Below are positions 41,101 through 55,640 of a stretch of 64,000 bases of DNA, one piece after another. The number at the start of each line of letters is the position of its first letter. Within the stretch, counting starts at the first letter, position 1. The stretch is from Paramecium tetraurelia (taxonomy: Eukaryota), in the NCBI GenBank assembly GCA_000165425.1, contig CT868552.1, forward strand, positions 1 to 64,000. The letters are read 5' to 3'. A program made the translations under genes and the position numbers. A model generated the notes under the pieces. It was not told the DNA's origin and ran no database searches. It worked only from the letters and a program-made list of their open reading frames with translations.

Positions 41101-44100
41101 AATCAATTCTTGCAATATGAATTTAGCTGATTTATCAAATGTAAAATGGACCAACATCATTTGTAAAGAAAAACCTAATTTAGAAGGACATAAAAATGAA
41201 ATTTTGGAGGTACAATTTTCACCTGATGGCAAATTTATTGTATCGATAGAATGGCGAGAAAAAACAATTAAATTATGGGATGCAGAAAAATATTCATTCA
41301 TGAAAGATTTAGAAGGTCATACAGATTATGTGAATTCACTTTCATTTTCTTCAGATTCTTCTATACTTTATTCAGGGAGTGATGATGGCACAATCTTAAG
41401 ATGGGATTTAAGCAACGCTTAATAAATTAAAAGTGAAGTTGTATAAATTATGGATAATAAAGTTCGAAAAATAAAAGTTTCTTAAGATTCTAAAAAATTA
41501 TATATACAAGATGATGAATAATGCTTCTAAATTCTAGATTTATCAAAAAATGGTTAAATTCAAGAGTGTGTTTTTGAAATTATTCAAGACAGTCTAATAA
41601 GCTTTGCATTGCATCCTAAAGAACCAAAAGTAGCATTACTCTATAAAAATGATTATATAGAGTTAAGAGAGTACGAAAAAAATTAATTAGTAAAGCTTGA
41701 ATACAGCCACACCTATAGATGGGGCGAGTAAAGTTTAATATTTAGTGATGATGGGGAATATCTTGGAATGCTGTCTTAAAACGAAGTGATAGTTTGGAAT
41801 TTAAAATAAAATATCGAATAGCCTGAAAAATATTTAACTTTCTAAGGCGACATCTATTTAAAATCCCTTTAATTCTCCTACGATAACGAGCTGATCATTT
41901 GCGGAAATAATTTCATGTTTAAGAGTGTAAATGATTAATTCATAGGAAAGTAGAAATGTACTGAAGCTTAAATCTCTCCTAAAGGTGATAAAGCTGCTAT
42001 TGCTTATGAAAATACACTTAGCTTAATAAATATCAGTAATTAAGAATTGCTTTGTCAAAGAAATTTTAATGATCTTCAACCTTGCAATATGCTTTTTTCA
42101 AAAGATGGTTCCAAATTATCATTATTTTTAAACGCTGAAAGTGTTACTAAACAATTTATGATTTTGGATGTCTATAATATACTCACAAATATTTGTTTTT
42201 TACCTTTTTGGGACACATTTTGGATTAGTTATATATTATCAAATGATTTTGAAAGCCTTTATGTTTCATATAGCAAACCCTCATAGTTTAATTAATATTG
42301 GTAAGTTGAAAATATTATTAAGATAGACACTAAAAAAATTCATAAAGAGACAGAAAATAAGAAATACTCTATAAGTAGTCAGAAGTTTTGTACTTAAACT
42401 CAAAGAGGGGTCATTGCTTATACTACATAAGACAATAATATGATTCAAATACATGATCTGGATAAAAATTTAGAATTATAAAAGATTACAATAAATTCAG
42501 AAAAAATAATCAAGGATTTTCTATTTTCACCAACTTAAAATGAATTAGCAATAATGTTTGAAGATGAATTGTAATTTTGGAATTTAGATACTAAATCGTT
42601 TAAAGTTAAAAATAATCTTAATTTATTGGATTAAGATATCAAATCTATCAATTATTCTCCCGATGGTTCATTAATTGTATTAATATTAGAAAATTAGTTT
42701 TAAATTTATAAGGTTGAAAGTGATGAATCACCAGAGATATTTAAATACGAAGGAAATAGGATTGTGCACCTTTCTTTTGATAATGACATAATTGGCTACT
42801 ATTAAAATGACTATGACTCAAAAAAAGTAATTTTAATGAATACAAAAGGCAAATCTGAATAAAAGATTTTAGAAGGCCATAAAGAAAACATTATTAAAAT
42901 ACTATTTACTCACGATAAAAAGTCCTTAATAACTGCATGTGAAAAAGAACTTATATTATGGGATCTATCTACGTTTAAGATCAAAGATTAAAAACATATC
43001 TTTATAAAGGGGAATATTTTATAACTTTCATATCATAATGAATAAATAGCATTATATTCAGATCATGTTGTAGAATTGTGGAAGTATTCATAGGATAAAT
43101 TGATATTTATTGCCTCTTAATTTTTTGACTTTTCAATTGATTCATTAAGCTTTCTTTATGATGATTAACATATCTTGATTTAAATATAAAATTAGGAGTT
43201 TTTGTTATATAGTTTGGATAATTTTTAATTTCAATAAATATATCCAAATAGTTTTAATATAGGCGCGATATCCTCTAATAATTTGATCGCCTTAATTAAA
43301 GAAAGTTATCATTGTCTTTCAATATATTAAAGTAGCTTGGAAAAGCCTGAATTTGAAATAATAAATTTAAGATATTATATATAATATTTGAAATTTTTGG
43401 AGAATAAATAGAATTTATTATTATATCAAGTTGCTAAAGATATTTATATCTATGATTATAAAAAACAAGAAGAAATATATCAATTTAATTTATTTATTTG
43501 CAACTAAGCGCCATAGTTATAATTATAAGATGATTTATTAATATCAACCAATGATAAATAAATTACATTTGTGAGTTTAAGTGATTTGAGTAAAATCGAG
43601 ATATGTGGATTTCACCATGACATTAGTTGTTTTTCTATTTAAGAAAATTAAGAATTTGGGTTAGGACTAAAAAATGAACAATTGATTATAATCAAAGACT
43701 TGTTCAATGTTTAATTTGCATTACCCATTAATTCAAAAGTAGACATTATACAAGGATTTGCGTCTAACTAAAATAAAATCTATATTGTTCAAGAAAAATA
43801 ACTCTAGATTAAATGGATGAATACAAAATAAGTACATGAGTTTAAGGAAGATGTCAGAGCTGTAGCTTATTGTAAAGAAAGCGACTAGATTGCAATTTGT
43901 ACAAAATCACAACTTATTTTACTTTCATTTTAAAAAAATAGTATAAACATTGTCAGCAAATTTGATTTATAAATGGAAATCTATAATTGCAAATTGACTT
44001 TTACAAGTGATGGGTCAGGATTGACTTTAAATTAAAATTTAATGATATAATTATTTTCCATTACAAAAAATTAAAAATTCATTTGCAGAGGAATGTATGA

Positions 44101-47100
44101 TAAGGTATTTTTTATAAAGGGTCGTATAGATTATAGTAGTCATTTAAGACTAGCATAAATATTTAACAAACATGGTACTACTAATAGTTAATAATAACTC
44201 GCTATTCTTGATTAAGAATTAAGTTTATTCAGAATTATAAATCTTAAAAGTTTAAAATAAATTGTATAGATTAATTTTAGAGTATAAAATAGACAATTAG
44301 ACTTTTAAATATGTCCAGATGAAGATAAAATATTCTTCGTTTTGGATCACAGGTTGATATATTCTTTGGACTTGAACAGTTTTGGAACATAAATGGTTCT
44401 CTAAACATCTTATTATCATTATGATCTTAGATTAAGAATTACCGAAAAGGATTTCTTTGTGTATGTAGAAAATGATAAAATCTTGTAATACTAGGTTTCA
44501 ACAAAGTGTTCTACTGAAATTACAACAATTTAAGATATCAGCTATTTAAATTACTTACCGCAATAATAGCTGCTAGCCGTAAGTACAAAGTAGAATAATA
44601 TCATATTTTGGGATATCAAGGCTAAAAAGAATGTTGGAACTCTAAAGGGACATTAAGATACAATCACATACTTGACAGCTTCGCCATCTGAGGGAGTTCT
44701 TGCTTCTGGGGGTAAGGACAGATTAATAAAACTTTGGGCTATTAAGCAGAATGAATCCTTTGAGATTCAACAAGCTCATTCAAATCCAATAACTTCTATT
44801 GCATATTCTTAGGATGGTTAATTACTTGCATCTGTATCTGACGCTCCAATATTTCTTTGGGATGTTATTGATAAAAAATTGATTATTCAACTAAAAAAAC
44901 ACGAGACATAGGTTAAATGTTTGGAATTTTCTCATTGTTCTAAATATTTAGTGTCAGGAGATAATAATGGAGTAATAATATTTTGGAATATTGAAATTCC
45001 TTAAGTTGCTAAGTTTGTTTATATCATAGATGAATTTAACTGTCCTATCCATTCTATAAGCATCTCTAAGTAAGAATAAAATTTATTAGTGATTTATGAT
45101 TAAAATATAATAATAAAGTGGAATTTTGAGTAAATTGAAAAATAATAGAAAGAGTAAATTTTATGTATTAATACAAACGCAAACCAATTTAGTTTTATTG
45201 GAAGTGATTAAATTATCTATTACGAAGAAGGTATATTGAAAATTCTAAATTTTGAGACATAAGAATTAATTAGCTAAAACCTGGAATCAGATATTATGTA
45301 AATATAAAGTTCTACAGATAATAATCTAATATTATGTTTAGAACAGACCTCTGACAGTTTGATATGTTTCTAAAAAAACAATGAAAATCTTTGGTCTAAA
45401 AAGTCTATTAGCATAGAGCGTACGGATTATATTTCTCTTTCTCCAGATAATAAATTTTTATATTCGACAAATACAATTATTGATTTAAGGTCAAGGTTAG
45501 AAGGTTGTGATAAATGGATAATTAAAAACAAAATTTACTATTTTTAAAAACTATTTAAGTAGGAGAAAAAAATACTGTGTAAGCTTCAAACTATTTTTAA
45601 TAATATTTCTTCTTGCAGAATGTATATGTCATATGATTTAACTATAATTGCTGTAGTTATAAATGATAGAGACATTAAGCTCTTTGATATTAATAATTAA
45701 TAAAATATCAAGGAATTCAACTCAATAAATCCTGGTTATATTTAAATATCTAGGGATTTAAAATATTTGTCTTGTTTAGAGCTGGATAAAGAAGATAAAA
45801 TTGGTAATTTCATTTTAGTATGGGATATAAATGGCCCATAAAAAAGGAGACAACTATTATTGAATGGAGGTTTGATAAAAAATTATATCTTTTCTTCAAA
45901 AGATTCTAATAAGCTCTATGCCCTATATGAAGATCGAACTGTAAGAGAATGGGATATAACAGCTGAATAGTCTTCCATAATAGTTACTCTATCAGAAATT
46001 TTAGATATCTAGAGACGGTTTGTATTTTCCTAAAACCTAAAATTCTTGGTCTGTTGTAATTAGAAGAGTTTATTTATATGGGATTTTCAAAAAGAAGAGC
46101 AATCCAATTACGATCTTGAAAACAATATTGACAATATTTATTATTCTTAAAATGAAGATATTTTTGCTGTTGTTATGGAGGTCTAAGAAATACATAGACT
46201 TGCAATAAGTTATATATAAGTCGTACTACTAAAAGGTGAAAACAAGTCTATTATTTAATTGGATTTGGAAAGATATGTAAGTACGGTTGAGTTATAATAT
46301 ATTTGGTTCTCACATGATGATTAGCACTTGGTAATTTGTCTTAATAATGATATCTATCTTTATTAAATAAAAGAAAATTTAGAATATAAATATTTGGGTG
46401 TCTGGACTATAAAAGAAGCAATAGGTAGGATGTTTTTTAATCCCAAAAATATGAATTTAGTAATTTAATTATTTCATTAAAATGAGATCGTTCTCATTAA
46501 TTTAGACCCTACAATAATTAGAGAAGATATTAAGGAATAGTACAGCGAGGTAGAAAATAACAAAATATGTTGTTATTCACCTGATAGCAGATATTTAGCT
46601 AATTTGTCCCCTTGTTTAAAAGTATATGATTTATGCAATCTTTAAAATTAAGTAATGAATGATACTTAGAATTAATATAGAGGAGAATGGATTTCATTTT
46701 AATCAAAAGATCTGTTATCATTATCCTATCGAGAAACATTTCAAGTTTTACGTATCAATAGAAAGGATAAAGAAATATCAATAGAAATAATTAAAGAATA
46801 TAATTTCTAATATCCTATAAGTTCATTTACATACAGTTAAAATCATATTTTAATCTAATTTAATTTAGAACGCAATTCAAAAAGAGTCTGCTTATATGAA
46901 ATAGACAATTTTCAAGAAAGTTTAATCAAAGCAATTTATAACTCTCGGGCACAGCCCATTTTGTCACAAAATTCTTATTACTTTGCTTTAAGCAATTATG
47001 ATAAAATATAAATTCTAAACATATAACACCTATAATAAGATATGTGTTATGAGATAAATAAAAATTCAAGAGTATATCAGATATTCTAATTATCTGATGA

Positions 47101-47740
47101 GAACCTGATTATTTTATGTGATAGGAATTAAATTAAAATATTAAATTCTGTAAGTTTAAAAATGATTAGATCAATAGAAATCATAGATTACCCAGACGAA
47201 ATTGAATTTTCTAAGATTTCTAAATACTGGGTTTAGAAACATTATACTTCTTTTAATGTATTCACTTTTGATTATAATGAATTTAATCTCTTACCCTTTT
47301 GGACTGAAGAATTGAAAGATGCCAGCCTCATTTGTTTTACTTTATCACCAAAGGGTGATCTACTTTTAACAGGGCACAATAACTTGGAAGAAATCACAAA
47401 TTCAATTACCTTATGGAAAATAGAACAACGTCAAAAACTTTGCACTAGTAATAAAATAAACGATAGAATAGAAATTCTTAAATTTTGTCCAAATGGAGTT
47501 AGTTTTGCAGCTGGCCTTTTTGATGGATCTATTAATTTATACTCAATTGATATATCAAAAACGAATTACTTTAAAAAGTAATAATTAAAATCCAATGAGA
47601 AATGTTAAATAGTTTGTGTCAAATCCTTTTCAAAATAATCGTTTTTGACTGCAGAATTTTCCATTTTAAAATAATCCTTAATAAATTCAGAAAATAAGTC
47701 CATTGTCGAATTGTTTTGTTAAAAAGGAGGGAAAAAATGA
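35153..47740 (+). CDS. Giant NLR-like STAND protein: helical/coiled-coil N-terminus, NACHT, pentapeptide repeats, many WD40 repeats (~4,195 aa)
   Basis: The same frame holds at the ATG, NACHT motifs, ORF-track fragments and TGA 47738-47740, so no frame-changing intron is needed. Walker A GNAGSGKS (39104-39127), Walker B ILDSYDE (39338-39358), VIITTR, TTPFMLEIV, FTHKSIQEFFVAKYI, pentapeptide region ~41000-41150, WD40s from ~41180. The start could alternatively be ATG 35324. Confidence 0.92.
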
Positions 47741-48057
47741 AATAGATATAATAATTACAGTATCAATTTATTTAATTAACTAAAATGATATTTATTTAAT
47801 TTATTTAAATTATCTTAATAAAGAATTATAATTTTCAATCAAATTCATAAGCTAAGATTATATCTTGTATCTAGTTTTTCTTTAAATTATTTTAAAAGAT
47901 TCGAATAAATGAGTAGATAATCATTATTTAATTACTGTTTTAAACCAATAAATTGAATATTTTAATTAGAATTTACATTATATAAGAGAATATCTATTAG
48001 ATATTTATTTTATCTTATATATAAAAAAAGATTTTATATATAATCTATAAAAATACA

Positions 48058-50885
48058 TCATAATACTACAGATAATAATCCGTCTGACAATTCAAATAAA
48101 AATTTATCAATTTCTGTCGAAAAACTTTCAATGCAGCTCTTATCAGATTTAATCTAGATAGAATATAAGTTATACCTCCAACAAAACTTCTGTTGAATTC
48201 GATTATGTTGAAATATTTGATATTATTATTGCTAAATTTTAGCCATTTATTAGATAAGATAATAAACCAATGTTTATTGTTTTAGATACATTTTGGGAAA
48301 TCAAATCAAGATTTAAATTTTATTTAATTGAATATTAAAATACTTAGTTTGTGTTGTCTAAAATAACAGCGGCAAATGGTTATGATAATAGCTTCTTATA
48401 TAGTTATAAATAATTTCCTTCTAAATAACACTTGATAATCAATGAAGTATCGTAAGTTATGTATTAAAAACAATTCTATGATAAATACAAAAAAGTGTTA
48501 GGTATGAGAAACTCAAGCATGCTAATTCTGTAATTCTATGTTCTAATAGCAAATGATTGTGAAGATTCATTTTTAATGTCTTGCAATATGATATCAAAAG
48601 CAAAATGCATAGAGAGTTTTGGATTTACTTTAACAACATAAAACAATTATTTTTCTTAATAAGAAGGCAACTCTTCAATTAATTTATAATTATTTTGGAT
48701 ATAAGAATTTCTATCTAATAATATTTTGATTCCTAAGTTGTCTAACTTAAATGGACAGTTATTGATAACTCTGATTCCTAAACATATACAGGATTTTTAT
48801 AAATCTAATGTATGAGAACAATAGATTTATACAAAATCACTAACTCCTGTAATTAATTTTGAATTCAATTGCAATTCAGTAAAAATGTTTTTTTAAGGTA
48901 ATTGCAATGATCTTAAATTCATTATAAGAGTATTTTATTCTGATGAAAATTACTTTTATTAAAATATATTGTAAGCTATTTGATAGGTAGTTAAGTTTTG
49001 TAAATTTTGGTTGATTGAATCAATTTAATTATTTATCTTTAATTATAATTAATCTTATTGGAGAGACTCTTTGTATTAAAGTGACTTAACAAAATTTCTA
49101 TTATATTCTATCAATTATTCAGCTATGTGATCATTTTTCCTTTATTATAGATTGTCATTGTAATCTGAAAGCAATTCCAAAATCTATTATTTAATATGAT
49201 TTTCTGGTGTATGAAAATTGATTGATAAATAATAGAGGATCTTATAAACATTTTGTAAGAGATTAAGTTAACAGATTTAAGTCTACACTGGTTAAATCAT
49301 AAAAGTTCTAAATTCTGCCAATATATTTATGTAATCTAATTTACAATTCAAACTGCTCTCATTGAATTTTCTAGTAATTATTAACAAGGTCTAGACTTTC
49401 TAGTTGAAACTTATTTAGTTTGTATTCATTCTATTAATTAGATCATCCAATCTAATTTCATCTGATGGAATGACATTGATGCATTCTTCAATCAATAATA
49501 AATACATGATAATGGCTTCTATGTTACACCCATCCCAAATAAAAGCATTACAAATTTCCATTATTTCCAATAAAATGGATTTATTTGTCTCTTAATGAAT
49601 AGCTGCAATAATCAAGCAACAGATTAGTTCTTCTGGTTCATCCTTTATTTTTGTTAGAAACCAAGTCTAATTATAAAGTCCTAAGATTGCACTAGTCTTC
49701 TTTTAATACAGCAACTCAATTGATTTTTAGATTAAATTATTAAAGCAATATAGCATGAATAACAGTCTAGTCAATTGGTTGGTAATTAGGAAGGATATCT
49801 CCAGAATTCTTATTGATATTGCAATATTCGTATTTAAATCCATATCTAATTGAAGTATTTATAGCAATATCTGGTTCAATTCTTTTTTATAATTGACTTT
49901 CTTGATGTATTTATCAATACAATCAAAAAGCTACCACAAAAGTTGGCTTGTATTAAAAAATTCATATGATTTGCATTATGAAATGACATTAATAAGGAAG
50001 TTTGAAATTTATACAATTATATCTATTTCAAAATTGTATTAAAGAACATCATACAAGCCAGCTTTGATGATTTTATTATTAAAATCTATTACATTTAACT
50101 TATAAACAAGTGTATTCTAATTTTATTGAACTGTATTTTATTATTGCAATTGTTTAGGTGAATCAATCAAGACCAAAGATATCAAAAACAGCATTTTAGA
50201 TCTAATGCGAACTTCATAACTGCAAATTTTTTCGTAAAGTAGTTAAAGTCTAAGTTATAAATACTATTTAATTTATTGAGAATCATAATTGACTTATGTA
50301 AGATTATTGGGATTCTGCAATTTGCTTTATAAAAATTCCGATAAGCAAATGATGCAATTAGCTGAGATGTCTCTGTTATTGGAGAAGCAATTTTCAGCTA
50401 TTCTCAAGTAAATGTTAGTTATTGTTTGTTTTGGCATGTCTATTGAATCCACTTCTGTTTCTTTTGTGAGTAATAATTGCAAAATAGAATTGACTGCACA
50501 CAATCTTTCGTAATGGAAATCCGGCGACCTATTAAATGTTTAAATTATACTATTCGATTATTTAATAGAATGCTGTGTCGTAGGATTTAACAATTTGCAT
50601 AAGATTACTAATTGGCAAGGAGTAGGCTAATTTGAGGGAGAGTAGTTGAATTTCGTAATCTTTATTGCTGAAGTCCTTTTCTAATTCTAAACAAACGAGT
50701 TCAGATGAGGGGAAGGTCTTGAGTAATGGATAGCAATTAATTTTAAGTATTCTATGTAGGGGGTTTTTGTAAATATCTATAATTTTTGCGAAATCTTTTG
50801 GATTAGCTGAGGATTCTGAGAGGTAACTCTGTATGCTCCTCAAATAATTCAATTGCTTTTTGACTTCAACTTCAACATTATCCAT
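48058..50885 (-). CDS. Uncharacterised alpha-helical (HEAT/ARM-like) protein
   Basis: ATG 50885 (MDNVEVEVKKQL). Long Leu/Ile-rich frame in ciliate code ending at TGA 48058-48060. No diagnostic motif recognised. Confidence 0.6.
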
Positions 50886-50917
50886 TATTAAATTATATAT
50901 ATAAAATAGTTATAATA

Positions 50918-51798
50918 TCATAATACAATACAGCCACAACCACCTTTTTTGGCAGACGATTATTATGTATTTTAACCCTATTATTGCTTGTCATTTTATT
51001 ATTAATTTTGAACTATAGGACTTAGACGAGAGACAGCTTCTTTGGCTTCAATATTACCAGCTTATGCTGCTTACTTATACCAGTATAGTGCCTATTATAA
51101 GTTAAGTTTAGTTCCAGTTCCTTCCTCATAAAGGACAGCTAGATTGTACTAAGCATTTTCAAAGCCACCTTTGGCTGCCTAGAGGTACCAATCGAATGCT
51201 TCAGTTTGATTGGTTTGCAATAATACTGTAGCCAAGTTGGTCATAGCACAAAGATCCCCTTTATCGGCTGCCATTCGATAGTATTTCTTGGCCTCTTCGA
51301 TTTGAATATGAGTTCCAATACCAGATCTATAGATGTTACCAAGGTTGTTCATTGCTGATACTGATCCCTTGAAATTATAAAAATAGAAGAAGTACTAGTT
51401 TAGCAGCTCTTTCAAACCAAGCTCTGCTTTTTTCAAAATCTTGTTCTACTCCTTGTCCAAACAAATGCATCAAGCCTAGTTAGAACATTCCTTATTCATT
51501 CTATAATTCAGCAGCTTTGCTAAAGTATTTATGAGCAATTTTATAATCAGGAGCTACAACTCTACCTAAATAATAGATGGATGCTAGATTGTATGCTGCT
51601 TATGCATGTTTGGTAGCAGCTAGTTGATACCTAAGGAGGATATGATTGAAAATACCATTGGATACATTCTTAGATATTTTATTAAGCCCCTTTTCCATCT
51701 TCAAACATTAAACCTACTCTAAATTGTGCATCGGTGTCACCATCCTAAGCCAGTTTAAGATAATGCTGCATTTCATCATAATCTGTTGTCTATTGCAT
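50918..51798 (-). CDS. Sel1-like repeat protein with C-terminal CaaX box
   Basis: Repeats AQFRVGLMFEDGKG, AAYNLASIYYLG, SAMNNLGNIYRSGIG and AMTNLATV. Ends KKGGCGCIVL then TGA (50918-50920). Confidence 0.88.
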
Positions 51799-51834
51799 TG
51801 GATTATAAAAATTAAAATAAGAAATGTACTAAAA

Positions 51835-53317
51835 TCATATTTCAATTTTTTATTAAAAAAGCTTTTCAAATACACTGGAAGGCCCTTGAGTATCAACGAA
51901 TTAATTTAAACGCAGATTATTTCTAAAATAATGTTGAAAGACCAAATACCTATTATATTCTCTCACATCCAAGGCACCACGCATTCCCATCAGATAACTC
52001 TGCAAACCCCAGAGTTCTCTGTCATCTTTATTATCGTAGAAAGGAACAATTGGAATCCCATTATCCAATTGCCAGGCATAACTATAAGATGCATTGTCAA
52101 CTAAAACAACTTGACTTAGCGGTCGATCAAATATTCTCAAATCTTTGGTATACATTCCACCTGTCGTCAAGATGCAATTATCTCTAAAAAACCTATGTGA
52201 GATCAGTTTATTTTCAGGATCTAAATGCTCCAGAACTTATTTAGCATAGCATTGATGAGAGGCTGTAAAAACAACGATTTCAAAATCATCCACTAAAGAT
52301 TATAGCAATTCTATAGCTCCTGGTCGAATATTGACACCTGCCTTAACAATCTCATGGGGATTCACTTTGATATTCAAAACGATATCAGATTTCTACTGCA
52401 TTTATTCATTGCAATGAACTAATGTTTCATCTAAATCAAAAATCACAGTGATTTTGTCTGAAAAATATAGACAATATATATCTACCTTTGTATTTATCCT
52501 TCTGTTTCATTTTGACTGCTTTCTTTTTGAAATCATTTGGGTCGGTTGGTCTCAGATGGGATGCCACATAGATCCCTTAATATGTTTAAAAGAAATGGTC
52601 TCTGTAGAGAGTACTAAAGTAATCGTCTGAAAGTGGCCGAGTGAAAACTTACTTGATTTTTCCTAAGTAATACTGAAATTAGGCATTTTCCTTATTAAAT
52701 TTAATGCTTTCAAAATATTTTAATTCTCGATTCGATATTGATTACGATTGCTATAATAATGACAATTAACGAGAGTGAACTGGGGTTATCTATTGGGAAT
52801 GTGCCTTCTGGGGTTTCTGCAACATTCCATTGTACATCTTTTTGTAGTTATGATCTTTGGATCCATTGGATTGTTGTCTACTATGCTAGAGCGAGGTTGT
52901 AGAATTAACTTTAGATGTCAAAGGTCTAAAATCAATGGAGGATTGCTTAGATGGTTTGAACATATTCAATTCAACACTTGGAGTTACTTTGGTGACAAGC
53001 TCATTAAGCAACACAGATTATTGACTATTTGAATAATTACGAATGGGCATATCGTATTTCGATAGGAGTACTTGATTTTATTGTTACATTGCGGTTGCTA
53101 GATCTGGGTTTTTCAACTGCACCTTTTTTTGAAGACTCTCTTGACTAAACTTTTTTTTGAGGAATTCTCTGCCAAAAATATTAGCACTTGAGTTAGACTT
53201 GGAATTGGTAGTTCGAACTGAATTGATGATGTCCAGTTTCTGGGTTTTAAGATTTTGAGAAGTCCTCTAGAATAAATCTATCGAATTATTAGTTTCAATT
53301 TGAGGCCTAGGTTTCAT
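51835..53317 (-). CDS. CTD small phosphatase-like protein (FCP/SCP, NIF domain)
   Basis: Motifs VIFDLDETLVH, NIRPGA, VVFTASHQCYA, KDLRIFDRPLSQVVLVDNASYSY and NGIPI. ATG 53317; TGA at 51835-51837. Confidence 0.92.
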
Positions 53318-53330
53318 AATTTAATTTATT

Positions 53331-54072
<742 letters not shown>

Positions 54073-54148
54073 ACTAGATATTGAATTAAATATCTATAAA
54101 TATTATAATAGATTTTTATATTCAATAATATATAGAATATATATATTA

Positions 54149-55626
54149 TCAATTTTTATATCTTTCGTTTATGTATTCTTTTAGGATCCACAAATCAGAA
54201 TTTAAAACCTTATTTTTATTTTCATTTTCATCCTAAAATTGCAACATCTAGCAATTTTTTTCATTGCCCTACTTAAAATTCTTGAGTTCATCCAAAAGAC
54301 TCACTGAATAATCTTCATAACGAATTTCCAACTAATTGCTAATTTGGAATTCAAAAATGTTCAAATTTAGAAATTCCGAAATGTTGATATCATTCTATAG
54401 TGCTACCTCATAGATGTTAATTAAAAACAATAGTAATTCTTGTCTATAGTTAAAGTATTTATAGTTCTCAGGAAGTTTTATGATGACATTTTAGTTTGAG
54501 TAATAGATTTTCAGATAAAAACTAGTGAAAGCACCATTTAGAACATTCTTAAATCTTATACAAAATTAAGTTAGATCTTTGTATTTATTTTCAATTGATG
54601 AAATAATTTACACAATCTAATTCAATTGTTATTTGTATTAATTCATAGAAAAATGGAGATTGCCTATAAATTCTTAATGTTAAGGAATATTAACCTTTAA
54701 GAAGGACTACTCAAGATCAATCTTTTCTAAATAACACCATGGGTGTCTAAATAAATCTTCAAAACTAATTCTAAGTTTTGGATCTTCTACCAACATTTTC
54801 CTTAGAATATCCTTACATTCTGCAGAAACTGAGATGTGTTATGGGAATTACAGCTGAAGTTTTAAAAATTATTAATACTTTAGAAGTTTAAATTGCTATG
54901 AGTAAGTCCTGCACTGTTCCTTTTTATGGCACAAATGGAGGTTAGCCAAACAGAATTTGAAAGATCATCACTCCTAGTGACCAGATATCACATTTATGAT
55001 CGTACGAATTAGATTTTCTATTGATGCTTAATAGAATTTAAATACTTTAGTATTTCTGGAGCCATTGTGATAGGGGTGCCACAGTAGGATTCCAGGAGTT
55101 CCGTGTTGATTAGCGATTTAGCAAATCCAAAATCCCCTAGTTTAATTTACATCTATTCATTTATTAGTATATTTGCTAATTTGAGATCACGATGAACGAC
55201 ATTTTTTAAACGTAACATTTTCATGGCATCGATTAATTGAAGTATAATCGGTTTTGCTTCTGATTCAGGCAATCTGTTTTTGAGAGAATTCTTTTTGATA
55301 TACTTTTCTAAGTCTCCTTAAGCACAGTATTCTAATATCATATTGATGGAATCTGGGCTTTGTTAGACTTCTTTCAATTCAACTATATTTTTATGTTTTA
55401 TCGATTTCATTATTTGAATTTCTGAATGGAACAATTCAAGCATTTTCTATTTGTGGAGCCCTTCCTCCATATCTATATTGATTTATTTGATAGCAACAAT
55501 TTCTTTTGTTTTTATGTGCTAGGCTTAATAGACAATAGCAAATGCTCCCTTTAATATAGACATAAATTAACTTACTTTGCCAATGACCTTTAAAATTTGA
55601 TAATTCTGTATTGGGTGTTTGCTCAT
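54149..55626 (-). CDS. Ser/Thr protein kinase
   Basis: [43 protein letters not shown] and DIWSLGV. TGA at 54149-54151. Confidence 0.93.
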
Positions 55627-55640
55627 TTATATTTATTTTA

